A stretch of DNA of 64,000 nt, from positions 2,934 to 66,933 of the forward strand of contig JAMFSJ010000018.1 of assembly GCA_026225255.1 (NCBI GenBank), written 5' to 3'. The DNA comes from Methylacidimicrobium fagopyrum (GTDB lineage: Bacteria; Verrucomicrobiota; Verrucomicrobiia; Limisphaerales; UBA11358). The translations under genes were made by a program, and so were the position numbers. Under the pieces are notes generated by a model. The model was given only the letters and a program-made list of their open reading frames with translations, had not been told where the DNA came from and searched no databases. The first letter of the stretch is position 1. Each line of letters opens with the position of its first letter. This document shows, one piece after another, positions 1 through 8,535 of the stretch.

Positions 1-73
1 GGTGTGTCGCCGTCCCAAATTATGTTGCGTTTGAAAATTAAAAAGGGACGCCGTGTCGGCGTCCCTCCCGAAA
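1..73. repeat. GC-rich hairpin repeat pair: window-truncated arm GGTGTGTCGCCGTCCC (1-16) and a complete hairpin GGGACGCCG-TGT-CGGCGTCCC (45-65) followed by TCCCGAAA
   Basis: Read directly from the sequence. The same motif and the same TCCCGAAA tail recur at 4476-4600. It lies just 3' of the minus-strand gene that ends at 90. Confidence 0.7.
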
Positions 74-89
74 TTAAATTCAGTATTTT

Positions 90-959
90 TTACTTCGCGC
101 CATGGCCGCGCACGAAGCCGACGGCCTGGGCGGCATCCACCACGCTGTTGTCCCAGTTGTATTCGTATTCGATGGAGATGTTGCCGGCGAAATTTTGCCG
201 TTTCAATTCGTCCAGCACACCGGCGATGTCGCACACGCCGGTGCCGCAGGGAATGTCGTGCGCGTCGGCGGCAAACGAATTCATGTCATGCAGATGCACG
301 CTGATGATATGGCCTTCCAAAATTTTCAGGCAATCCACGGGCTTCAAACCGGATTGCGCCCAGTGGCCGAGGTCGGCGCAGGAACCGATGCGCGGGTCGC
401 GATCTTTGAGGACGCTCAAGACATAATTGGGATCCCACATTTTGTAGCCGGGATTTTCGGCTTGGCGTTGATGATCATGAAAACCGACGCGGATGTCGTA
501 TTCCTTCACAAGTTTTTCAATCGTATCAATGGATTCCACGGATTCGGTGGTGATGCCGTAGAGGTTCAATTTTTTGGCGAATTCAAAAACTTTGCGCGCG
601 CCGGCTTCATCCGCCGGGATGCCGACGACGCCATAATTCACGGCGATGATCCCGTCGGCTTTTAATTTTGCCTGCACGGCGGCGATCATTTCGTCGCTGG
701 CGTTGTGGTCGAATTTCCAGTCCGGATGTTCGGCGCTGAATTTTTGGCCGGGATAAAATTCGATCACCTTGCCGCCTGCCGCCGCCGTTTTATCAATGGC
801 CTCCAGAACGGAAAAACGGTTGAAGGTCCACGACTGGCAACCGATGGCGAAGCCGCCGGTTTGAGCATCGGCCGGAATCGGGCTGGCAGATGCCGTAGAG
901 GTATTAAAAGCAATTCCGCAGGTGAGCAGGACGGAAGAAATGAATTGAGCAATTTTCAT
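90..959 (-). CDS. secreted sugar phosphate isomerase/epimerase (xylose isomerase-like TIM barrel)
   Basis: ORF 90..995(-) opens with TTG. The first ATG (959) gives a signal-like N-terminus, MKIAQFISSVLLTCGIAFNTSTASA. The body has blocks typical of the family (GFHDH, SVHLHD, ISIEYE). The family was recognised from memory, not by search. Confidence 0.75.
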   Translation of the reverse strand: MKIAQFISSVLLTCGIAFNTSTASASPIPADAQTGGFAIGCQSWTFNRFSVLEAIDKTAAAGGKVIEFYPGQKFSAEHPDWKFDHNASDEMIAAVQAKLKADGIIAVNYGVVGIPADEAGARKVFEFAKKLNLYGITTESVESIDTIEKLVKEYDIRVGFHDHQRQAENPGYKMWDPNYVLSVLKDRDPRIGSCADLGHWAQSGLKPVDCLKILEGHIISVHLHDMNSFAADAHDIPCGTGVCDIAGVLDELKRQNFAGNISIEYEYNWDNSVVDAAQAVGFVRGHGAK

Positions 960-1109
960 ATGGATGTTCGGTAGAAATTGCGCGAGCCGGTTCAAATGTC
1001 AAAACAAATGTCGGCCGGCGCGGATAATTTTTCCCGCTCTGAATTTTTTTGAAAAAAAATGTATTTTTTCCTTTTTCAATTCCGTCTGGGCTGTTAGCAC
1101 TTTTAACAA

Positions 1110-2612
1110 ATGAAACCGCCCTCCAAAAAATCCTTGTCATTGAACCGTCGTAATTTCATCAAAACCAGTTCGCTGGCCGCCGGCGCGGTCGTGTTTGGCG
1201 TGCCGACTTTGCTGCGCGCGCAAAATTTGAACAGCAAATTGAACATCGCGCAGATTGGCGCGGGCGGCAAAGGTCGCAGTGACGTGCGTTGCAACAGCAG
1301 TGAAAACATCGTGGCGTTGTGCGATGTGGACACGGAAAATGTGGCGGACACGGTGAAAGAACATCCGTCCGCAAAATTCTACCGTGATTTTCGCGTGATG
1401 TTTGACGAGATGGACAGCGGCATTGACGCCGTGGGCGTAGCGACGCCGGATCATTTTCATGCGATCGCAGCTTCGGCGGCGATGGCGCATGGCAAACATG
1501 TTTATTGTCAGAAACCGCTGGTGCAGACGATTTACGAAGCACGCTATTTGAAAAATCTGGCGCATACAAAAAAACTGGTGACGCAAATGGGCAATCAAGG
1601 CAGCGCTGGCGACGGTTTGCGCCGCGCGGTGGAATGTATTCAATCGGGCATCATCGGGCAGATTAGCCAGGTGCATGTTTGGACGAACCGCCCGATTTGG
1701 CCGCAGGGAATTGACCGTCCGGAGGGTTCGGATCCGGTTCCTGACACGCTCAATTGGGACATCTGGCTTGGACCAGCACCCGTGCGCCCTTACAAAAAAG
1801 GAGTTTACAATCCGTTTAATTTGCGCGGCTGGCTGGATTTCGGCACCGGCGCGCTCGGCGACATGGCTTGCCATACAGTCAACATGCCGTTCCGGGCGTT
1901 GAACTTGAATTATCCGACGGAAATCGAAGCCACGCCTTTTGGCGTGATGAACAAGGAAACATATCCGATCGGTTCAAAAATCCGGTTTGAATTTCCCGCG
2001 CGAAAAACCTCCATTCCGGCGGCGCATAAAAGTTTCTTTCATCACCACGACACGCTCGAACAATCGGCAACCACGCTTTGGTGGTATGATGGCGGACAGC
2101 CTTTGCCTGACAATCCCTCCAAACACGACGGCAGCAACAAACCGCCGCAGGAACTCACGGCTGACATCATCGCGTTTCAGGGTGAAATGCCGGGCAGCGG
2201 CTGTTTGTTGGTCGGCGACCATGGCCAGATTTTTTCACCGGACGATTATGGCCAGGAATTTTACATCAAATTGAATGCCGATAAAAAATTCGTGCATTAC
2301 AAAAAGCATCCGGCGGTTGCGGCCATTCCTTTGAGCATTCCGCGCAATCCATTTTTTGCGTTGCACAAAGGGGATGCCGACCTGGCGCATCATTTGGAAT
2401 GGATCAACGCCATCAAAAACAACAAGCCGCAGGATTGTTATTCGCGTTTTGACGTTGCGGCAAAGCTGGTGGAAATCATGTTGCTCGGCTGCGTCTCGTT
2501 GCGCGCCGGCAAAAAAATCGAATGGGATGGTCCGGGCCTGATGGCTACCAACGCGCCGGAAGCCGCGCAGTTCGTCAAACGTCAAAACCGTGATGGCTGG
2601 ACGCTTTCGTGA
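1110..2612 (+). CDS. Gfo/Idh/MocA family oxidoreductase with twin-arginine signal
   Basis: 500-aa ORF with a Tat motif (RRNFIKTSSLAAGAVVFG) and a Rossmann motif (IGAGGKG). It is divergent from the TIM-barrel gene. Confidence 0.85.
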   Translation: MKPPSKKSLSLNRRNFIKTSSLAAGAVVFGVPTLLRAQNLNSKLNIAQIGAGGKGRSDVRCNSSENIVALCDVDTENVADTVKEHPSAKFYRDFRVMFDEMDSGIDAVGVATPDHFHAIAASAAMAHGKHVYCQKPLVQTIYEARYLKNLAHTKKLVTQMGNQGSAGDGLRRAVECIQSGIIGQISQVHVWTNRPIWPQGIDRPEGSDPVPDTLNWDIWLGPAPVRPYKKGVYNPFNLRGWLDFGTGALGDMACHTVNMPFRALNLNYPTEIEATPFGVMNKETYPIGSKIRFEFPARKTSIPAAHKSFFHHHDTLEQSATTLWWYDGGQPLPDNPSKHDGSNKPPQELTADIIAFQGEMPGSGCLLVGDHGQIFSPDDYGQEFYIKLNADKKFVHYKKHPAVAAIPLSIPRNPFFALHKGDADLAHHLEWINAIKNNKPQDCYSRFDVAAKLVEIMLLGCVSLRAGKKIEWDGPGLMATNAPEAAQFVKRQNRDGWTLS

Positions 2613-2634
2613 TCGGCTGAAATCAAATCAAATT

Positions 2635-2666
2635 TCCCGCTGGTTTTTTCCGGCGGGATTTTTTTA
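2635..2666 (+). terminator. intrinsic terminator after the oxidoreductase gene
   Basis: Stem TCCCGCTGG / CCGGCGGGA (one mismatch) followed by a T7 run, 23 nt after the stop at 2612. Confidence 0.6.
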
Positions 2667-3083
2667 TTCGGAAACAATGTTTGGCGTGAAGGTCAGTTGA
2701 AAATCGCCGAGCGTGGCTTCGGTGGCTTCGCCGTTTCTGGCGTCAACCTGGGTGACGATCATGTCGTGAATTTTTCCACCGGCCGTTTTGGATTCAAAAG
2801 TAACGACGATTTCCGCGTTGTCTTTGTCCGTCAGCTTCGGGTTCAAAATGCACTCTTTTCCGTTGCCGAGTTGCACGCAACATTCATTGCGATTGGTCAG
2901 CGTCACTTCGCCGAGATCATGGAGAACGGAGTTGGAATTGTCGGTTGCATTGACATTAGTGCCGGCGCTGACGCTGGTTGCGGCGGCCGCAGTTTTTGCC
3001 GTCGCCGATTTGTGATGGCAACTCGCTGGCAGCAAACCAACGACAAAAACTGAAATTCCGGTGACGATCTGAGAAAATCCCAT
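2664..3083 (-). CDS. hypothetical secreted protein or lipoprotein
   Basis: 139-aa ORF with a hydrophobic N-terminus ending LLPASC (lipobox-like). No family recognised. Confidence 0.5.
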   Translation of the reverse strand: MGFSQIVTGISVFVVGLLPASCHHKSATAKTAAAATSVSAGTNVNATDNSNSVLHDLGEVTLTNRNECCVQLGNGKECILNPKLTDKDNAEIVVTFESKTAGGKIHDMIVTQVDARNGEATEATLGDFQLTFTPNIVSE

Positions 3084-3182
3084 ACCGGAAACCGAGCAGG
3101 AATTACGCCGGACGAAACCGAGCAGAAAACGGCAAATTTACCGTCGGAAGTGTCCTGAAATAATTAAAACCGCGTCTCAAAT

Positions 3183-4406
3183 TCAGTCCGCACGGTCAAA
3201 GATCAGCAGGGTTTTGCCGTCTTTGGCCGACATGCGCAAATCGTCGGCGGTGGCGGACATGAATTTATCCTGGCCATTAAAATTCGCGTGCAATGTATAA
3301 TTTGTGCCGTCGTCCACGCTCCAATCACCTTTCCAATTTTGTTCTTCGACGCTCGGCGCCTGTTTGGGCTGCGCTTTGAAGATGGGGAAATTTTTGATGA
3401 AAAGTTGATGGTCACCCGTCGCGATCACCACCGTCTGCTCGTAAGCCTTCGTCCATAAAGCACGGATGGCCGCCATTTCTTTCGCCTGAACATTGGGTTC
3501 GCCTTGACGCCACCATGCGAGCGTGACGCCAATGTTCGGTTCCCAATGGCCGATGATTTTGTCGTTATATTTCGCCGACTTTCCGGTTTGCAGATACGTC
3601 GTGAGGTCATCCAAGTTCGTCTCGAAGGCGTCCTGAACGACTTTCGTCAAATCTTTGTTCTTCAAAAAATCCTGCACCGGTTGTTCCTTCAAAATATCGC
3701 TGATTGTCGTGCCCGAAGCCAATGCGTTAGTGAGCGTGCCGTCAGTTACCAAGCCTTGCATATCGTCGCGTTCCCACAAGGATGTGAAACCGGGATAATC
3801 CGCGAGCCGCTGCGCCGTCTTCGGATTCTGCATTAGGAAACCGGACAAGTCCGCGAACTTGTAATAATTCGGCGGCAACGTGCCGACCGCCGCCGCGACG
3901 CGCGACATGCCGGTGGTTTGCAAATCGTGCCCGAGCGTGTTCGCGGTGCGGATGGTGAACGGCTGGCCGTCGGCCACCGCAACTTGCGTCGTCAAATAAG
4001 TCAGGTTGAAAATCACGAAGCTGATGAGGATGAAATACGCCGCGCCATTCAACAGCCCGACGCAGATGCCGAGCCGCGTGTTTAGTCGCCGCCACATCGC
4101 ATGGCGCAATTCACCCGCCTTGTGCTTGTAAAAAACCTCCACCTGCCGGTTCACCTTGAAACCGATCGCCGTGAAAATGATCGAGACCAGAATGAAACCG
4201 CACAACGGCGCGATTGCCCAGGCCGTAATCGGATTGCTCGCGCCGACGTGCGGCAAAATCGGATGAAATATTTTTCCGATCAACGTGGCCAGCAGCGCGC
4301 CGAACAAAATGCCGCCAAACGAAAACGAAGCGAGAATTCCGCCTTGCCGCCAACCCGCCAGCGCCAAAATCGCCAGCAACAACACCGCCAAAATCCAGAT
4401 ACTCAT
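3183..4406 (-). CDS. CvpA-family membrane protein with a long C-terminal soluble extension
   Basis: ORF 3183..4511(-). The in-frame ATG at 4406 (MSIWILAVLLLAILALAGWRQG...) starts a 4-TM region resembling the colicin V production protein family. The upstream 35 codons overlap non-coding hairpin repeats. The roughly 270-aa C-terminal part has no family I recognise. Confidence 0.65.
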   Translation of the reverse strand: MSIWILAVLLLAILALAGWRQGGILASFSFGGILFGALLATLIGKIFHPILPHVGASNPITAWAIAPLCGFILVSIIFTAIGFKVNRQVEVFYKHKAGELRHAMWRRLNTRLGICVGLLNGAAYFILISFVIFNLTYLTTQVAVADGQPFTIRTANTLGHDLQTTGMSRVAAAVGTLPPNYYKFADLSGFLMQNPKTAQRLADYPGFTSLWERDDMQGLVTDGTLTNALASGTTISDILKEQPVQDFLKNKDLTKVVQDAFETNLDDLTTYLQTGKSAKYNDKIIGHWEPNIGVTLAWWRQGEPNVQAKEMAAIRALWTKAYEQTVVIATGDHQLFIKNFPIFKAQPKQAPSVEEQNWKGDWSVDDGTNYTLHANFNGQDKFMSATADDLRMSAKDGKTLLIFDRAD

Positions 4407-4475
4407 GTTGCTAATTAAAAAACATCCGCGAGAAAAAGCACGATTAAAATTTTCCAAAAAATAAATCCGGGAAGA

Positions 4476-4600
4476 ACGGCGTGTCGCCGTCCCACAACGG
4501 GATCTCGACATCTTGCCGGCAAAACTTCTTCACATGGAAACGCATGAATGAAATTATGCATTTCAAAAAGGGGGACGGCGACACGCCGTCCCTCCCGAAA
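4476..4600. repeat. inverted pair of GC-rich hairpin repeats: ACGGCG-TGT-CGCCGTCCC (4476-4493) and GGGACGGCG-ACA-CGCCGTCCC + TCCCGAAA (4572-4600)
   Basis: Read directly from the sequence. The arms are reverse complements of each other across a 78-nt spacer, and each arm is itself a hairpin. Same family as 1-73. Confidence 0.75.
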
Positions 4601-4645
4601 AATTGAAAACTATGCCGCTGGCGGTTGCCATGTTAATTTGAGTGC

Positions 4646-5371
4646 GTGAAAATCTCAGTCGTCGTGCCCGCGTTCAACGAGGAAAAACTTCTTGCTGCGT
4701 CGCTCGCGCAAATCAAAACGGCGGCGACGGCATTCACGCAACACGGCTGGGATTTTGAACTCGTCGTTTGCGACAATAATTCCACCGACCGCACTTCGGA
4801 AATCGCCAGTGCCGCTGGTGCGAAAGTTGTCTTTGAGCCGTTCAATCAAATCGGACGCGCGCGCAATTCCGGCGCGGCGGCGGCGACCGGCGACTGGCTG
4901 GTTTTCGTGGACGCCGATTCGCATCCGAGCGCTGGATTGTTTTCCGAAGTCGCAGATCAAATCAGTTCCGGCAAATATCTCGCCGGTGGCGCGACGGTGC
5001 GGTTGGATGAAAAAATGTTTTGGGCGGGACTCGTCACGCAGTTGTGGAATCTGACAAGCCGGTTCAACAAATGGCTGGCCGGTTCGTTCATTTTTGTTGA
5101 AACCGCCGCGTTCCGAAAAATCGGCGGCTTCAATATTGAAATGTTTGCGGCGGAAGAATTGGACTTGAGCCAGCGTTTGAAAAAACTGGCGCGCGGGCAG
5201 CGGAAGAAAATTGTGATCGTTCATCGCCATCCACTCGTAACTTCGGCGCGCAAAATGAGACTCTACACGCCGAAAGAATTGCGACAGTTTTTCTTCCGTT
5301 CAATTTTCCGGCATCGCCGCACCGTGCGCAGCCGCGAGGCGACTTATTTGTGGTATGACGGACGACGCTGA
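4646..5371 (+). CDS. glycosyltransferase family 2
   Basis: 241-aa ORF with a GTG start. Motifs: VVVPAFNEEKLL, VVCDNNSTDRT and a DxD motif (VDADS). Confidence 0.8.
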   Translation: MKISVVVPAFNEEKLLAASLAQIKTAATAFTQHGWDFELVVCDNNSTDRTSEIASAAGAKVVFEPFNQIGRARNSGAAAATGDWLVFVDADSHPSAGLFSEVADQISSGKYLAGGATVRLDEKMFWAGLVTQLWNLTSRFNKWLAGSFIFVETAAFRKIGGFNIEMFAAEELDLSQRLKKLARGQRKKIVIVHRHPLVTSARKMRLYTPKELRQFFFRSIFRHRRTVRSREATYLWYDGRR

Positions 5372-5374
5372 ATT

Positions 5375-6304
5375 TTACGCGTTGTTTTTTCCGCTGGCGA
5401 AGTAGTCCAGATATTTCACGAATTGTTCCTTCATTTCGCGGCGCGGAACGATGGCATCAATGAGGCCGTGATCCACGAGAAATTCGGCAGTTTGAAATCC
5501 CGGCGGAAGTTCGGCGTGCGTCGTGTCTTTGATGACGCGCGGGCCGGCGAAACCAATCATCGCGGCGGGTTCGGCGAGAATCAAATCGCCGAGCGCGGCA
5601 TAACTAGCCATCACGCCGCCGTAACTATTGTTCGTCAAAACGCTCAAGTAGGGCAGGCGACGTTGTGCGTGATAGGCGAGCGCGGCGGAAGTTTTGGCCA
5701 TTTGCATCAAGCTGAACGCGCCCTCTTGCATGCGCGCACCGCCGCTGGTGGAAATGATGATGACCGGCCAATTGCCTTCTGTGCCGCGTTCGATGAGGCG
5801 CGTCAATTTTTCGCCGACGACCGAACCCATCGAGCCGCCCATGAAACTGAAATCCATCACGCCGAGTGCGACCTGATGCTGGCCGATTTTGCAAACGCCG
5901 GTGACGACGGCGTCCATGAGCGTGGTGGCTTTGCGGTCGCGCTCCAGCTTGCTCTTGTAATTCGTGAATTTCAAAATATCCACGCTGGTCATCTCCGCAT
6001 CCATTTCTTCAAATGTGCAAGTCTCGACGAGCGAATGAATCCGTTCACGCGAGCCGATGGGAAAATGGAACTGACATTTCGGGCAGACCTTCAGATTTTC
6101 GTCCAGCTCCTTGTCGTAAATCATCGTTTCGCACGACGGACATTTGGTCCACAAACCTTCGGGGATTTCGCGCTTCTTGGTCTTGGATTTGCCGGAGCCG
6201 AGCTTGGCTTTTTTGGGCAGCACCGGCTTGATCGTCGGCGGTGTCAACGCCGGTTCGACCTGATCCACGCCCATCGCCGATTTTGTCAAAAATGAGGTTG
6301 CCAT
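5375..6304 (-). CDS. accD: acetyl-CoA carboxylase carboxyltransferase subunit beta
   Basis: 309 aa. N-terminal zinc ribbon CPSC...CPKC, followed by a carboxyltransferase domain (GGSMGSVVGEK, GGARMQEG). Confidence 0.9.
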   Translation of the reverse strand: MATSFLTKSAMGVDQVEPALTPPTIKPVLPKKAKLGSGKSKTKKREIPEGLWTKCPSCETMIYDKELDENLKVCPKCQFHFPIGSRERIHSLVETCTFEEMDAEMTSVDILKFTNYKSKLERDRKATTLMDAVVTGVCKIGQHQVALGVMDFSFMGGSMGSVVGEKLTRLIERGTEGNWPVIIISTSGGARMQEGAFSLMQMAKTSAALAYHAQRRLPYLSVLTNNSYGGVMASYAALGDLILAEPAAMIGFAGPRVIKDTTHAELPPGFQTAEFLVDHGLIDAIVPRREMKEQFVKYLDYFASGKNNA

Positions 6305-6317
6305 GACTGAAGATTAT

Positions 6318-7061
6318 TCAAAGTCCGCGGGCAACTGTCCAGACGCAAACATCGGTCGCGCCCGCGTCGCGCAACGCCCGCGCGCAAGCGCTTGTCGTTG
6401 CGCCAGTTGTGAAAACATCGTCCACGACGACAATTTTTTTGCCGGCGAGTTGAACCCGATCGCGCACGGCAAATGCGCCGTGCATGTTCGTCGCGCGTTG
6501 CTCGCGCGAAAGCAGCGTTTGCGTCGCCGTCGGCGCGATGCGGCGGAGAATTTTATTGTTCAACGGAATTGAAGTTTTATCCGCCAGATGTCGCGCGAGA
6601 ATTTCGGCTTGGTTAAATTCACGTTCACGTTGCTTGAGCGGATGCAATGGCACGGGCACGATGAAATCCCAGCTTTCATTTTTCAAAACGGGAACGGCTT
6701 CGCGCAGCAGCAAATCGGCGAGAAAATTTTCAAACCACAGTGCGTGGGAATATTTGAAACGATGTATGGCTTCGAGCACGACAGTTTTGGCGACGACCGC
6801 CGAGCGCGCGGAACTGAAATGCAATTCCATTTCGCGGCAATTCGTGCATTCAAATTTTGTCGTGAGATTACCGTCAAACGGCAAACCGCAACGTTCACAA
6901 AAGGGCGCGCGAATAAAACGGACGTGCGACCAGCATTGCGAGCAAACAAAACCGTCGCGCGCGATGGCGCGTTGTTTGTGGCAAAGCTGGCAGATTTCAG
7001 GATAAAGCAGGCCGAGCCCCGCATTCAGCCAGGATTGACGTTTGCCGTCAGCCAAAGTCAT
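6318..7061 (-). CDS. comF: ComF family protein (phosphoribosyltransferase domain)
   Basis: 247 aa. N-terminal Cys pairs (CQLC, CSQC, CERC, CTNC) and a C-terminal PRTase motif (KKIVVVDDVFTTGAT). Confidence 0.85.
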   Translation of the reverse strand: MTLADGKRQSWLNAGLGLLYPEICQLCHKQRAIARDGFVCSQCWSHVRFIRAPFCERCGLPFDGNLTTKFECTNCREMELHFSSARSAVVAKTVVLEAIHRFKYSHALWFENFLADLLLREAVPVLKNESWDFIVPVPLHPLKQREREFNQAEILARHLADKTSIPLNNKILRRIAPTATQTLLSREQRATNMHGAFAVRDRVQLAGKKIVVVDDVFTTGATTSACARALRDAGATDVCVWTVARGL

Positions 7062-7155
7062 GCGATGAATTTATTTCGTCTGACGATTGCGAAAAGAAAA
7101 TTCGCCGGATTTTTTTCACTTTCTGGTGTTAAAAAATTTCGGCATGATGCGCTGA

Positions 7156-7902
7156 ATGTATTTGGGGAAAAAGATTGTCGTCGTCATGCCGGCTTATAAC
7201 GCGGCCAAAACGGTCACCATGACCGTGGATGAAGTGCTGCAGCAGCACATCGTGGATGAAATCATTTTGGTGGATGATCGTAGCCGCGATGAAACGGTGA
7301 AAGTCGCGTCGCAATTGCTGGGCGTGCGCGTGCATGTGCATGAAAAAAATACCGGCTACGGCGGCAATCAAAAAACGTGCTATCGCCTCGCGCTGGAAGC
7401 GGGCGCGGACATCGTCATCATGGTGCATCCCGATTATCAATACACGCCGAAGCTGATTCCGGCGATGGCTTCGATCATCGCGAATGACTTGCATCCGTGC
7501 GTTTTGGCGAGCCGGATTTTGGGCGGTTATTCGTTGCAGGGCGGAATGCCGGGCTGGAAATATGTGGCGAACCGTTTTCTGACGGCGGCGGAAAACATTC
7601 TGCTCGGCGCGAAACTTTCAGAATATCACACCGGCTACCGCGCGTTCTCAAAAGAGGTTTTGCAAAAGCTCGACTTGTCAAACAACTCCGATGATTTCGT
7701 GTTCGACAATCAAATGCTGGCGCAGATTTTGTGGAACGGCTTCACGATTGGTGAAGTAAGTTGCCCGACGAAATATTTTGAAGAAGCGTCGTCCATCAAT
7801 TTCCGCCGCAGTGTCAAATACGGCTTTGGCTGCTTGAATGTCGGATTGAAATTTCGGCTGGCAAAAATGGGGCTGGCCAAACCGAAATTATTTTTCCCGT
7901 AA
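7156..7902 (+). CDS. glycosyltransferase family 2
   Basis: 248 aa with motifs VVMPAYNAAKTV and ILVDDRSRDET. Resembles the dolichyl-phosphate mannose synthase type. Confidence 0.8.
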   Translation: MYLGKKIVVVMPAYNAAKTVTMTVDEVLQQHIVDEIILVDDRSRDETVKVASQLLGVRVHVHEKNTGYGGNQKTCYRLALEAGADIVIMVHPDYQYTPKLIPAMASIIANDLHPCVLASRILGGYSLQGGMPGWKYVANRFLTAAENILLGAKLSEYHTGYRAFSKEVLQKLDLSNNSDDFVFDNQMLAQILWNGFTIGEVSCPTKYFEEASSINFRRSVKYGFGCLNVGLKFRLAKMGLAKPKLFFP

Positions 7903-7958
7903 AAATTTCGGAGCGCCGGGATTGCCCGACGCTCCGTGGAAAAATCAACTTGCCGCAA

Positions 7959-8234
7959 TTACTTCTTGGCGACTTCTTTGGTCGCAACGGAAAGGGCCAG
8001 GCGGGATTTTTTGCGATTCGCAGTCGGGCGTTTGACGACGCCGAATTTGACGGCCTTGTCGTAAGCGGAATGGACGCCAGGCAAAAGTTTGACGGCATCG
8101 TCTTTTTTACCGGCGGCGACGACGGCGCGGAATTCTTTTTCCACGCGGCGCAAATTGGAGGTGACGCTGCGGTTGTGCAGTTGTTTGCGGGCGCTGTTGC
8201 GCATCCGGCGTTCGGCTGACTTCGTATTCGGCAT
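7959..8234 (-). CDS. rpsT: 30S ribosomal protein S20
   Basis: 91 aa, MPNTKSAERRMRNSARKQLHNRS..., a typical S20 N-terminus with basic composition. Confidence 0.95.
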   Translation of the reverse strand: MPNTKSAERRMRNSARKQLHNRSVTSNLRRVEKEFRAVVAAGKKDDAVKLLPGVHSAYDKAVKFGVVKRPTANRKKSRLALSVATKEVAKK

Positions 8235-8535
8235 AAATTAATTGTTAACTCGCTTAAAAGGTCGAGGAACTTAGCCAATATGGGAAAAATGTCAATGGCT
8301 AAAACGTGCGGTGAACGGACGGTCAAAATTTCCGGCGGCCGGGCGCATTATTTCCGCATAAAATGTGAGGTTATCCTAGGCTGAGTTCAGCCGAAATGGC
8401 TCGGCGGGGAAGCTGCGTTCGTAAAGGTATCGTTTGTCCGAGCTTTACTTTTGGTCGGCTGACTGTTTTTTTATTCCGCACGATATTCAAGGTGATGGGG
8501 AGGAATCCATCATTTGGTATCTGTTTTTTGGTCGA

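Noticed and set aside
8434-8535. Upstream extension of the hybrid kinase ORF (MSELYFWSADCFF...)
   Set aside because: It precedes the receiver domain, has no family resemblance, and overlaps the structured, U-rich leader. The ATG at 8536 starts the receiver domain cleanly.
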